A stretch of DNA of 64,000 nucleotides, taken from the NCBI RefSeq assembly GCF_006345805.1, contig NC_043013.1, positions 23,188,001 to 23,252,000 of the forward strand, read 5' to 3'. Made by a program: the position numbers and the translations under genes. Under the pieces are notes generated by a model. The model searched no databases. It saw nothing but the letters and a program-made list of their open reading frames with translations, and was not told the DNA's origin. Numbering within the stretch: the first letter of the stretch is position 1; the number at the start of each line of letters is the position of its first letter. Positions 37,164 to 50,100 of this stretch are shown here, in pieces. The DNA comes from Octopus sinensis (Eukaryota).

Positions 37164-40100
37164 GTGTATGCGTGTATACATATATAATATTAAACATACA
37201 CAAAATACATGCTATATGAAAAGTTTTACTCACAGGTTGGTGACATTCTATTCTCTAAATAGTTTTTTTAAAATAGCTAATAAATTTTTAAAAAATCTTT
37301 CTTTAAATATATGCATATAACCATTATATGTGTGTATTCACCATGCTGGACTACTGAAATCCACAAGTTTTTTCACTCTCTCTCTCTCTTTATTTTTTCT
37401 TATTCCTTTCTGTTGAAGAGCATAGGCTCGAAACGTAAAGGACTTTTTCATTTTTCCTGAGCATCAAGCTAATATACTTACTTGTTGTTCATGCACTTGT
37501 CTTCATCTTTTTCTATAAATTTCAAAAAAGACATGCTCTTGTTTCTCTCCTGTCTCAGCTTGATTTACATGTTTGTCATCACAACCTCGTTTAGGCTTAG
37601 CAGCCCTTCCTGTTTGTTTTCACTGTCCTGTTTGTGTTACCTATTTTGACCCTCCGCAAAATCCCAAATTTTATTTAATTTGCTTTGTGGGAGTAACTGT
37701 TTTATCGAAAGTGCATACTGTTGTTAAATCCTCAAAATATGAGAGTAGAAAAACAGCCAACAGCTGGTGAAGGATCATTCTTAAAACATTGTAATATTTG
37801 TTCTTGATGAACACAACACTACTTATTGTGAACCAGTAAAGTTGCTCAACCTGCTAAAAATAGCAAGCTAATTCCTTCAAATCACACTTTCATCTTAACA
37901 AACACACAAGGACATGTTGGTTGATGTAGTCATTGCTGAAATATTATAGGTCTTAGGTTTACTCAACCAAGATAGATTGGAACTAAACAACGCCAAGTTT
38001 TATTTGAACCACAACTTAATAAATTGTGAGTCTGAAACCATAACTGGACGGAGTCAGATTTGACTGACACTTGGTAGATTTTCTTGTTGTTTTCTTTTGA
38101 AATGTCTGTAGAACTTTACCACTGTTCATGGTTTGTTCTTTGATTATGTCCGGTATTGTAGAGTATTGTAGACAATACTCTACAATACTCTACTCTATTG
38201 TTGAGTATTGATTATGTCAGGTACTGTCAGGTATTTTAAGGCGGCGAGCTGGCAGAAATGTTAGCACGCTGGACGAAATGCTTAGTGGTATTTCGTCTGC
38301 GTTACGTTGTGAGTTCAAATTCCGCCGAGGTCGACTTTGCCTTTCATCCTTACGGGGTCAATATATTAAGTACCAGTTACGCACTGGGGTCGATGTAATC
38401 GACTTAATACCTATGTCTGTCCTTGTTTGTCCCCTCTGTGTTTAGCCCCTTGTGGGTAATAAAGAAATAGGTATTGTAGAGTGTGGGAGTAAACGGTTCG
38501 GAATGAATGAGTTTCTACTTTCTTAAGAGTTCTTGCTGTCTAAATGGTTATATGTTCAATAAATAAGATAAATCCAAAGACAAGAGATCAGTTTTCTTAA
38601 CTGTAATGAATGCAGCCATTTAGGAAGCTTCTCTGGGGACACGAAAAGTTCTCTGCCTGACTCTGGTTGCAGAGAATTTGACTTTGATCTGTGACTTGTT
38701 TCCGTTTAGAAAATCACAAGTGTTACTACTCAAACATGTAAACACTTTGAACGGTGCAATTTCTCATGGACCTCAGCCTCCTGGCTTGGTTTTAACACGC
38801 ACAACACTGTTTTGACTGGGTTTCAACTTGAAATATTCTTTTTACAATGTACAGTTTCAGTGCTCTTATTTACTGTCTTTCAGCAAAGTGTGTGTGTGTG
38901 TGTTTGTGTTATCCACAGCTTGTTTTACCAAAAATAAAGTTTATCATTAAGTCCGTGGTCATTAATCTTGCCGTCTTTTTCTCTTCATCAGAATAGTGAA
39001 ACCAATTTTGCGAAAGAAAAAGCAAACTGGATCTGATAACTCCGACATGGAAGTAACACCACCACCGTCACCAAAAGGAGATAATGATAGTTCGGTCCAG
39101 GTAAGTTCATAACGATCACATTATTTAGTTTTCAGATAGTTACCTGAAAGTGACAGCTGACCTTATATGGAACTAAGAACCAAAAGCAATCTCGTCACTG
39201 AGACTGTTCTATATTACTGGTCATCATCATCCAGTATACTCTGGCCATCAAGGGCCAGTGACATCTTGCACTTGTCAGATTTTTAGGCTGTGGCTGTGTG
39301 GTATGACGTTTGCTTCCCAACCACATGATTCTGGGTTCAGTCCTACTGTGTGGTGCCTTGGGCTGACCAAAGCCTTGTGATTGAATTTAGTTGACTGAAC
39401 CTGAAAGAAACCTCTTGTATGTATATCATCATCATCATCATCATCATTGTCGTCGTTTAACGTCTGCTTTCCATGCTGGCATGGGTTGGACAGTTTGACT
39501 GACGGCTGGTGAGCCAGAAGGCTGCACCAGGCTCCAGTCTGATCTGGCTAAGTTTCTACAGCCGGATGCCCTTCCTAGCGCCAACCACTCCGAGAGTATA
39601 GTGGGTGCTTTAAGTGCCACCTGCATGAAGGCCAGTCAGGCGGTACTGGCATCAATCCTGCTCAAATGGTGCTTTTTATGTGCCACCTGCACAGGAGCCA
39701 CTCAGGCGACGCTGGCAACGATCACGCTTGAATGGTGCTTTTAACATTCCACTGGCATGGGTGCTAGTCAGGCGGTACTGTTATCGGTCATGACAACGAT
39801 TTCACTTGCGTCAATAGGTCTTCGCAAGTGTAGTTTATTTTCCAGTGATTGAAGGGTACTCTTAAATGGGCTGGTTACATAGCACTGGCATAGGTCACGG
39901 TTATGGTCTCATTTGGCTTGCTGGGTCTTCTCAAGCTGACAATAATCGGTTAGTTTTTATGCGATTCGAATGGGAGATGCAAATTAGGGGGGAAAGATGC
40001 TGTAAATTATCAGTGGAAAATAACTGACCAGAGACAATCCTGCAACTGAGTAAAACATGTTTGTGGGGCAGTCCTGACAAGAATGGGTATTACAGAAGAG

Positions 40101-41096
40101 ATGACCCAGAAACCGAGGCATTTTTTAAACTTGTTTCTTTATTAAACTACATAACTCATATTTGCATGTGGCAAAAAAATCTAAAACTGATGATGGCAAT
40201 GGGTGGTGAGTCCTGTAAAACAAGAGGAAGGACTGAACAGGCTTTAGTCACAAATCACAATTGTTTCTGTGCATTAGTAACAACTTTTTAGTGGCCGAGT
40301 GTACCATATCATATTAAGGGTAAAGGGTAAAGACCCCCTTTGGGTAATGAATGACCATGGTATGCACCTAGAAAGTTCCCTTCTAAAGCACAAGTCTGGA
40401 CAAGGTTGTTTATGGGAGACTAACAGTCACCCATGTGTACCAGCCTCCCTTCTCTTTCTGCCACCAATGTTATCCAAGGGAAAGGCAAAGGGGCTGATAC
40501 AGCTTGGCACCATTGATATTGCTGCTCATTTCTACAGCTGGAGCAACATTCATATTATCATATCATTTTATAAATATGATGTGGTCCAACCCATGCTAGC
40601 ATGGAACATGGATACCACATTTTGCTCTCACTCTTTCCTCTAAATTTGAGTAGCCATGTAGCTCCTTTACAACATGAATTTGCTCTACTCTAACCCTTTG
40701 TCTCACACCCTTAACCTTCATCTAACACGAGGACCACCCCTGCTTCCTTGGGCTTTATAGAAAAAAAGCACCCGGTCCACACTGTAAAGTGGTTGGCATT
40801 AAGAAGGGCATTCAGCCATAGAAAACATTCCGAAGCAGGGACTGGAGCATGATTCTTTGAACTCATCTGATCCTTGCCAAGCCATCCAATCCATGTCAGC
40901 ATGGAACGTGTATATTAAATGATGATGTTAATGTATATATGTGTGTGTGTGTGTATAATAATTGTAATAATAATAATTTGAGGGAATATTATTCCAAACT
41001 TACAGGGAAAAATTCAATTTAGAAATAATATGTAATTTTCTAGATGCTGTAATTTAAGTTTTCATTTTGAATTGATAAAAGGTGTTTTTTTTTCTA

Positions 41097-41135
<39 letters not shown>

Positions 41136-44100
41136 CAACTAAAGTGAGATTGCAAACACAGCCAATGCCAGGATTGACTGATCGGCCCATATAAGAGTAC
41201 CCTTGATGCGATATATGCTTGGGAAGACCTGTTGAGTCAAGTAAAACCAAAATCGTAGCTGTGCCCAATGCCCCCTGGCTGGTTCCTGTACCAGTAGCAT
41301 GTAAAATGCATCGTCCGAATGTAGTCAGTGTCAGGTCCGCCTAACTGGCTCCCATGCTGGTGGCATGTAAAAAGCACCATCCGAGCGTGGCTGATGCCAG
41401 TACCCACTGACTGGCTCCCATGCTGGTGGCATGTAAAAAGCAACCACTACACTCTTTTAGTGGTTGGCATTAGGAAGGGCATCCAGTTGCAGAAACATTT
41501 CCAGATCAGATTGGAACCTGGTGCAGCCTCCTGGCTCTCCAGACCTCAGTTAAACCATCCAACCTATGCCAGCATGGGAAACGGATGTTAAACGATGATG
41601 ATGATGATGATGATGATGCATATATAAAATGATGTAATTATTTTGGCTCTGAAACATTTGCATCCTTACAAACTTATAAACCGTATCTTAGAACACAATC
41701 ATCCCCTTCATCACTTTATCCACCATGTTTAATGTGCAAATGACTTTTCAGGTGGGTTTGTAATAATATTGTTTAATTTCAAATTGAAAGCAATTAATGG
41801 TTTATCAATACAACAATCAATAAAAGTTGTATTCCTCCCCTTATCTCTCTCTCTCTCTTGCTCCCATAACACTTTTTTTTCCTGGTTTGGGCAGTTTTCT
41901 TCTTCATTGTATGATGTTGTTTTGCCCCTGATCGTGCAGACCTATGGCCAAAGACATTCCAGTTGTCACCATTGTTTTTTATAGTGACATAATGTATATA
42001 GGACTATATTATGACTTGGCTGCTGTTTCTAACAGCGCAATTGACCCCGTGTGTGTGTGTGTGCTTTGACTTTCTGTTTGTCTTTCTTTCTCTAACAGCT
42101 GACAATGTTAAATATAAAACGAGTCAGCAATTGTGGGAATGTTGTTCGTGATATTTATTGATATTGTTGTTGTTGTTGTTGTTAGTGGTGATAGACGTGA
42201 TGATGTGTATATGAACTCTGTTACTAATTATGTTAAACTGTAAAAATAATAAAAAACACAGATGGTAGGAGGCAGGTAATTTGTTATGGTGGCAGGCCTC
42301 GTGCATGTTTTGGTAAAAGAGAGAGAGAGAGGGGGGAGTGATCTGAAATATGTATTTTACCTGAAGGTAGCCAGCCTTCGTTTATGGTTTACTAATCCAC
42401 ATGTTAGGTAGCACCAAATGATACCTGGAGGATAACAAAGTGTAAAGAGAAAGACAGAGAGAGAGAGGGGGCAGGAAGGGGAAAAGGTTGTCATTAGAAG
42501 AGGTGAGAAATATGAAGAGTAGAGGGAGAGAAGAAATGAGGAGGGAGGGCAAAACAGGAGTGAGAGAGAGGGGAAGATTAGAAAGAAGGGGAGGTAAAAG
42601 CAGAGAGAGTGTAGGGAAAGCAGGAGAGAGAGAGAGGGAGATTTGAAAATGGATGCAGTTGAAAAAGAGAGTCTCTGAAGTGATAGGATGAGGAGAGGTT
42701 ACAAAGGGAAGAGTTTTGAGAAAGAAGAATAAGGGAGGGAGTGGTGAGAGTAGAAAACAATGAGATTAGTAAGAAGAAAGAGAGAGAAATAGAGACAGAG
42801 AGAAAGAACAATTGAAGGAGATAAAACTGTGTGTGTGTTGATGGGAGTAGGAAGAGATGACTAATTATCTCTTGTGATACTTTCTCAATAGATTTCTCTC
42901 AAAATCGTCATAATTCCCACAGCTATGTTGATGTGTGTGTATTGCTTAGTGGGATTTTCTGGTTTATTGTTGTTTGTTTTTTTTCTTCTTTTATACAAAC
43001 TAGAGTTAAAAAAAAAGAAAACCCAAAATAAGCAAACAATATCTGGTGTCTCTGTAAATAACATGCAAACAAAACAAAACATTTCAGAAGTTATGACTGA
43101 TCTTTCTAATGTGTTATGTGTGAGAGAGTGAGTGTGTGTGTGTGAGAGAGAGAGAGTGTGTGTACGTACATACGTATGTACTCTTTACTCTCTTTTACTT
43201 GTTTCAGTCATTTGACTGCGACCATGCTGGAGCACTGCCTTTAGTCGAGCAAATCGACCCCAGGACTTATTCTTTATAAGCCTAGTACTTATTCTATTAG
43301 TCTCTTTCGCCGATCCGCTAAGTTACGGGGACGTAAACACACCAGCATTGGTTGTCAAGTGATGTTGGGGGGGGGGATTAAAACACAGACACACAAACAT
43401 ATACACGCACACACATATGTACGACGGGCTTCTTTCAGTTTCCGTCTACCAAATCTACTCATAAGGCTTTGGTCAGCCTGAGGCTATAGTAGAAGACACT
43501 TGCCCAAGGTGCCATGCCAGTGGGACTGAACCTAGAACCATGTAGTTTGTAAGCATGCTACTTACTACACAGCCACTCCTGTGCCTAACATACACACACA
43601 CATAGAAGGTTGAAAAGGAACACATGAGTTGATATGTATAAGGAAAAAAGGCCAAGATAGAAAATGCTAAAATAATTTTATCACAAAAAACATTTTAGTA
43701 CCGGTTTCAGTCATTGAGACTTTTTCAACTGTAAGTATGGAAAACAATGAAATTTTGGAAAACTTAAATGAAAAGTTTTTTAAAAGAATATTTGCATAGT
43801 ATTCAAATACAAGGGGCATTTTCTTCTCTTGTTTACTCATGTGGGTTCGAACCCACAAGAGAGACAGAGACAGGCAGAGACAAGGAAAATGCCCCTTGTA
43901 TTTGATTACTATGCAAATATTCTTATAAAAAACTTTTCATTTAATTTTTCCAAAATTTAGTTGTTTTCCATACTTAGAGTTGAAAAAATCTCAATGACCG
44001 AAACCGGTACTAAAATGTTTTTTGTGATAAAATAATTTTAGCATTTTCTACTTTGACTTTTTTTCCATATATATATATATAATATATATATATATATTTA

Positions 44101-47100
44101 CTAGTTACATATAAGACAGAGGGAGTGTGTGTCCTGGTCAGAGTTTGTGTCCATCTATCCATGCACATTTTTGCATGTCCATACAGGTGTGCTTATGTTT
44201 GTGAATTAACTGGTTGTGGTTTTATTAATGCATTTTCCCCCTAAGTGGATTAGTGAGTATGTGCGTGCATGCACGCGTGTGGGTCTGTGTCTGACCCCAC
44301 CACTGGTTGATAATTGGTGTTGGTGTGTTTATGTGTACATAACTTAGCTTTTCAGTGAAAGAGATCCTTCAAGGCGGTGCCCCAGGATGGCCACAGTCTC
44401 ATGAATGAAACTAGCAAAAGATAAAAGATATGTTACATTTGTTCCCATTCTGCATTACTTATTTACTGTGAGATGGATTTACCACCGGCACGGAAGCCAG
44501 TCAGCGCCGCCTTGACTGGCTTCCGTGCCGATGGCAAGTAAAAAGCACCAACCGATCGTGGCCGTTGCCAGCCTCCCCTGGCACCTGTGCCGGTGGTACG
44601 TAAAAAGCACCCACTACACTCACAGAGTGGTTGGCGTTAGGAAGGGCATCCAGCTGTAGAAACACTGCCAGATCAGACTGGAGCCTGGTGCAGCCTCCTG
44701 GCTTCCCAGACCCCAGTCGAACCATCCAACCCATGCTAGCATGGAAAACGAACGTTAAACAATGCTGATGAAGAAGAATTGTTGTTTAGCGTAGGCCCAA
44801 AGTAGCACCAGTGTCAGAATGTGAACTGTAAATCTTTCCGCTCATAGTATCTTTTCATATCAGTTTAGTCAGCTCTATATCCAGTCCTTCTGATATTCTA
44901 CTACTTTCTCCTTGGCGCTAAACAATGGCAGCAAACTTAAAATCAATGAAGCTTTCCTGAGTATTTCATGCTGAGTTTAACCCCCTCCTATTGATGTCTC
45001 AGAAAAGAAAAAGAAAAAAAAGTTGGATTCCACTGAATCAAATAATATTATTGATTCTCATATCTGAGGTGAACAGTCAAGTAATATTGATTCCTATCTG
45101 AGGCACGAGCATGACTGTGTGGGTATTTAGAAATCTCTATTCCAAATACATGGTTTTGGATTCACTTCCACTGCATGGCACCTTAAGTGTGTTCTGCCAC
45201 AGCCTCAGGCCACCAACCAAGTGGATTTGGTCAATTGAAACTGAAAAAAAAAAGGTGCAAGTCTTGCATGTGTGCATGGATGGATGAGCATCTGCATGCT
45301 GTCTCTTTGCCTGGACATCACATGGTAGCTGTAGGCAAGTGTCGGCATCATGCAAAGGGTGTCCTTTGTTTCCAATCTTCCATAAAAACATGTCTGGCCA
45401 TGGGGGGAAATAATATCTTAATTAGGAGGGTTAGTGACAGGAAGAGCATCATATGCCCAAGGAGAAAACACTTTACAACCATTTAACCATTTCATTAATA
45501 TTTTTTCATTGTAATGTTGCCCCCCCCCCATCATTAGAATGATAAGACGCTGCTCTTTCATCAGTTTGCACAAGTGACAACAAGTTCCATTCCTTTGTGT
45601 TTGAATAAGATGAGTCGGAAGGATGTCCAGGGGGTAAAAACAATTCCTCCCTTCAAAAGGATGCCTTACCAAAAAAGAAAGAAATAAAACTCAGCAAAAA
45701 AAAATGAGTAAAGTAAAATAAATAAAAACTCTTATTAAACTTTTGTTTTCTTTTATTTCAGAAGCGACGATCGGCTCGTAATACGAAAAGGAAAAAATAT
45801 TGTGATGATGTGGATATCAGCTTTTCTGATGATAATCCTGAAATTGATGTTGAAACTCTGGATGGCACATCTCTGCTCAACAGAGTGGTAAGAGAGTTTT
45901 TCTCAATTTCTTTCTCTCTTCAGTTTCCCATATTTTTTATTCTTTTTAAACTATCAAGTGAAAGATTTTATTTACAACTAGCAGAGACACCCGGCATTGC
46001 CCGGTTACATTCAATTGAAGAATTAGACTTTTCTGTTATATATATATGGATACACACACACACACACACACATATATGTTATATAGGAGCACTCCGTCGG
46101 TTACGACGATGAGGGTCCCAGCTGATACGATCAACGGAACAGCTTGCTCATGGAATTAACGTGCAAGTGGCTGAGCATTCCACAGACACGTGTACCCTTA
46201 ACGTAGTTCTCGAGGAGATTCAGCGTGACACAGAGTGTGACAAGGCTGGCCCTTTGAAATACAGGTACAACAGAAACAGGAAGTAAGAGTGAGAGAAAGT
46301 TGTGGTGAAAGAGTACAGCAGGGATCACCACCATCCCCTACCAGAGCCTCGTGGAGCTTTTAGGTGTTTTTGCTCAATAAACACTCACAATGCCCGGTCT
46401 AGGAATCGAAACCGCGATCCTACGACCGCAATTCTGCTGCCCTAACCACTGGGCCATTACACCTCCGAACACACATCATCATCAAATACATGAAAGTACA
46501 TGAAGTTTGTTAAAAAAAAAGGGGGATCATGTATATACCTCCTGGCTGTTGAGATTATAACACCCGCCAAATGAATTCTCTTGATTCAACACTCTTCTCA
46601 TATATGAGCATTTCCACCACTGACAATGCGTGTGCATGTGTGGCTGTCATTGCAGTCACATTTTCACAAGAGATTCTTTCATACTGACTTGCTACTTTTA
46701 CAATTCAGAACAACTTGCATCTCTGATTCTCACACTGAAGAACATCTGCAAACCTTAGTTGAACTTTGGGCTTATTTCTTTGCTAAGTATTTCTGTTTAC
46801 TTAACTCCCAGATATTGTTTGGTGCTTCTCCCTTCCATTCTCTCCGGCCTCTTCTCTTAAGGTTCATGACTATATCTACCCTACCATTCTGTCTGTCTGG
46901 AACCCTGTTTCATCTGTGCTCTACAGTAGGCTGTCTCCTGGAAGCTTCCAATTGCCTTCTATATCATAAGCCTCCTCCTCCACCTCCTCCTCACTATCAA
47001 CTTGCACTTCTTTGATCTTATGTCTAGCAGAAAGACCTTTCAGTTTCTGTACCTCCTCATTGTCCTCTGTTTCACTAATCGCCAGTCTGTTTTTGAGTGG

Positions 47101-50100
47101 TATATTCTTCACCAACGAAAGACATTATGTATAGCCATTTGTCTGTCTTGCTTTCTGATGAATAACAAGTCTAAGACGTTGTTCACCTGGCAGGTAGTCA
47201 AGTGGCTGATCAATATCCTCAAGTTTAGTATTGGAAGTGGTTAAGTCATTTGTATCACAGATCTTCAAGAGACTTGATCCTTCTTAATTCCTTGTATCCT
47301 GTCTAAAGTATCGCTGTGGCCCAGAGTAGCCATCATAGTGTTAACCAAAATGTTTATCAAATTTATTGGATATCATAACAAGATCAGTTCTTGATAAACC
47401 AGAAAGCATAGAAATGGTCCTTTTAATCCTTTCTTAGTCCTAATTGTGGAGCTTAGGCAGACATCATTGCCTGTTGTGTTGCTCATGTCCTGTCAATTTT
47501 TCAATTATTCTATCCATATAACTACCTCGGTAGCTTTATCTATTTCTTTGCAAATAATCTACTCTACTCTTCCGACTCCTGTAATTAACTCAGATTTTGT
47601 TCCTCTGTTTCTTGCCTGTAAGAAGTTGATGGAGGCTTTCTACATTGAACCATTTTACACAGCACACGTCTGCTTATCTCTGATCTAGCATCTCTTACAA
47701 TGTCTCCAGAATGACTTAAGCTGCCCCCACTACCACTACCATCAGTTTGTGTGTGTGTGTGTGTACATGTATGTATGCATGCATGCATAAATAGTTATGA
47801 TTTTTCATTTGAAGTTGATGAGCTTCATAAGTTCTTTCCATAAAGTTTTGTCTGATTGGTCTACAGATGCCCGAGGACCCAGAACATGAAGTTAGTTGTA
47901 AAGAAGTTACGAGATTTTAGCTTCAAAATAAAAACAATAAACCCTATTTGTTATATTTTATACTTTTTGTGACCAGTTACTTTTGTATGTATTAATTCTT
48001 TGAAAATTGTTGAAGGTGTGTGTGTGTGTAATGGTATTGTTTATGCAGGTTAAGATTATAATAATAATGAAATTATTGTATACAGTGCTCAGGTGCACCA
48101 CAAGCTCAGGTGCACCAGATTGTGAACTTTCTCTGTAGTTTGTTTCCTGTGACACATGAATGATTTTGGTTAATATTCATTTTCACTTGCAGGATGTTAT
48201 TGATGAAGATATTATGATTGTGGAGAAAATTCTTGGATCTAGACTGCGGAAAGTTGACCCTAACGTATGTTGTTATTATTATTATTATTTAATTCTTCAT
48301 TGTTTTGATTTGTAAATATATAACTTGGTCCTGACTGTAAGGTTGCAGGCAAGGTGTGTGGTTAAGGAACTTGCTTCATACCCACAGGATTCCTGGTTTG
48401 ATCCAACTGTGATGCCTGGCAAAAGTGTCTGCTTTCACACTTTAGGTTGACCAATATCTTGGACGAAGACGGAAACTCTGTAGAAGCTTCACACTTTGAT
48501 ACTTTGTTTTCCGGACCATTTTTTTTTTTTTTTTCCGATCCATTGTATCCTTCGTTGCGTGCTGTAGTTTAATTCCAGGTCAGCACAGACAGAGCAAGAA
48601 AGAGCTATCATCAAAGGTATTCCAACTTCGACCATCCCGTCTTATATATTCTCCCAGATTGTAATCCAAGACTTATAACATTACATGATTTCAATGCGAA
48701 CATTTTCGAAGAGGGTGGTCTAATTTCGAAGGACTATGATTTAGCTGTTGTTTCTAGCATGTTGATCGATCGCATAAAATGAGGCCAAACACACTTCGTT
48801 GTCGCGTTTTTATACGTTGTGGTGGTCACTGGAGAGGAAGACACAAAGATACACACAACACAAACTGTGAGGGGCATTCAGCCATAGAAAACATGTTATG
48901 GTTGAATGTTGGTGCAGTCCAGTGGCTTTCCAGATCCTATTTAGCCATCCAGTCTATTCTAGATTGGAAAATGGATGTTAAATAATAATAATAATTGGCA
49001 CGTAAAAAGCACCATCCGATTGTGGCCGTTGCCAGCCTCGCCTGGCCCCCGTGCCAGTGGCACATAAAAAGCACCATCTGATCGTGGCCGTTTGCCAGCC
49101 TTGTCTGGCACCTGTGCCGGTGGCACGTAGAAAGCACCCACTACACTCATGGAGTGGTTGGCGTTAGGGAGGGCATCCAGCTGTAGAAACATTGCCAGAT
49201 CAGACTGGGCCTGGTGCAGCCTTCTGGCTTCCCAGACCTCAGTTGAACCGTCCAACCCATGCTAGCATGGAAAGCAGACGCTAAACGAAGATGAATGAAT
49301 ATATATATATATATATATATAATATATATGTTTGTGCAAATGATTTGTCATTTCATCCGATTGATTTACTATGGTGTCTTGTGATGAATCTACTTTTTCT
49401 TATTTAGGTTTATATAAATAGACGATATATATATGTGTGTACACCCCACACTATGGAGAATAATGTATATGCCATTGTCTAGAATCTTTTCTTTCTCCCA
49501 TTTACTTATTTCAAACTTACACGGTGGCCTTTGTGTCCATGACCGTTTAAACATTATTTGATTTATTAAATTTTATCTGTTACATGTATGCAACTGTGTA
49601 TAATTATGCATTATGCTATTTGTTATTATAAATTATATTTTATTAGAAGTAAAAATAATGATGGCATTGCATGGTTAGATTTGTAGTGTGGTTAATCGTT
49701 GATATTTAATTTAGGTCGGTATTAGTTATAATACTTATAAGGAGACTGTCCCAGATTATGTTGGTGTCAGAAAGATGTTTTCAAAAGACCCAACAGTCTT
49801 GTCCAGAGTCTGTAAGTTTAATCCAAAGAAACCTGTGTCCATCTCTGGAATGGTTTTTATCTCCTGTCTTTTTCTTGTTTCGGCCGTTAGACTGTGGCCA
49901 CTGGGACACTGCCTTGGGGAATTTTTAGTCAATCAATTAGACCTCAATATTTATTTTTTAAAGCTTGGTAATTATTCTATCGGCCTATTTTGCTGAGCTG
50001 CTAAGTTAGAGGGATGTAAATACACAAACACTGGTTATCAGGTGGTGGCAAGGAACGGGCAGGAATATGCGTGTGCACAGACACACACACTCTTTATACG

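Noticed and set aside
42318-42830. Purine-rich tract as an H-DNA/triplex or regulatory element
   Set aside because: It is an imperfect low-complexity tract without long mirror symmetry, and such tracts are common in this kind of genome.
45759-45764. NAGNAG tandem acceptor (CAG AAG) at exon 4
   Set aside because: It would change only one Lys. AAG is the weak distal site, and nothing in the sequence shows it is used.
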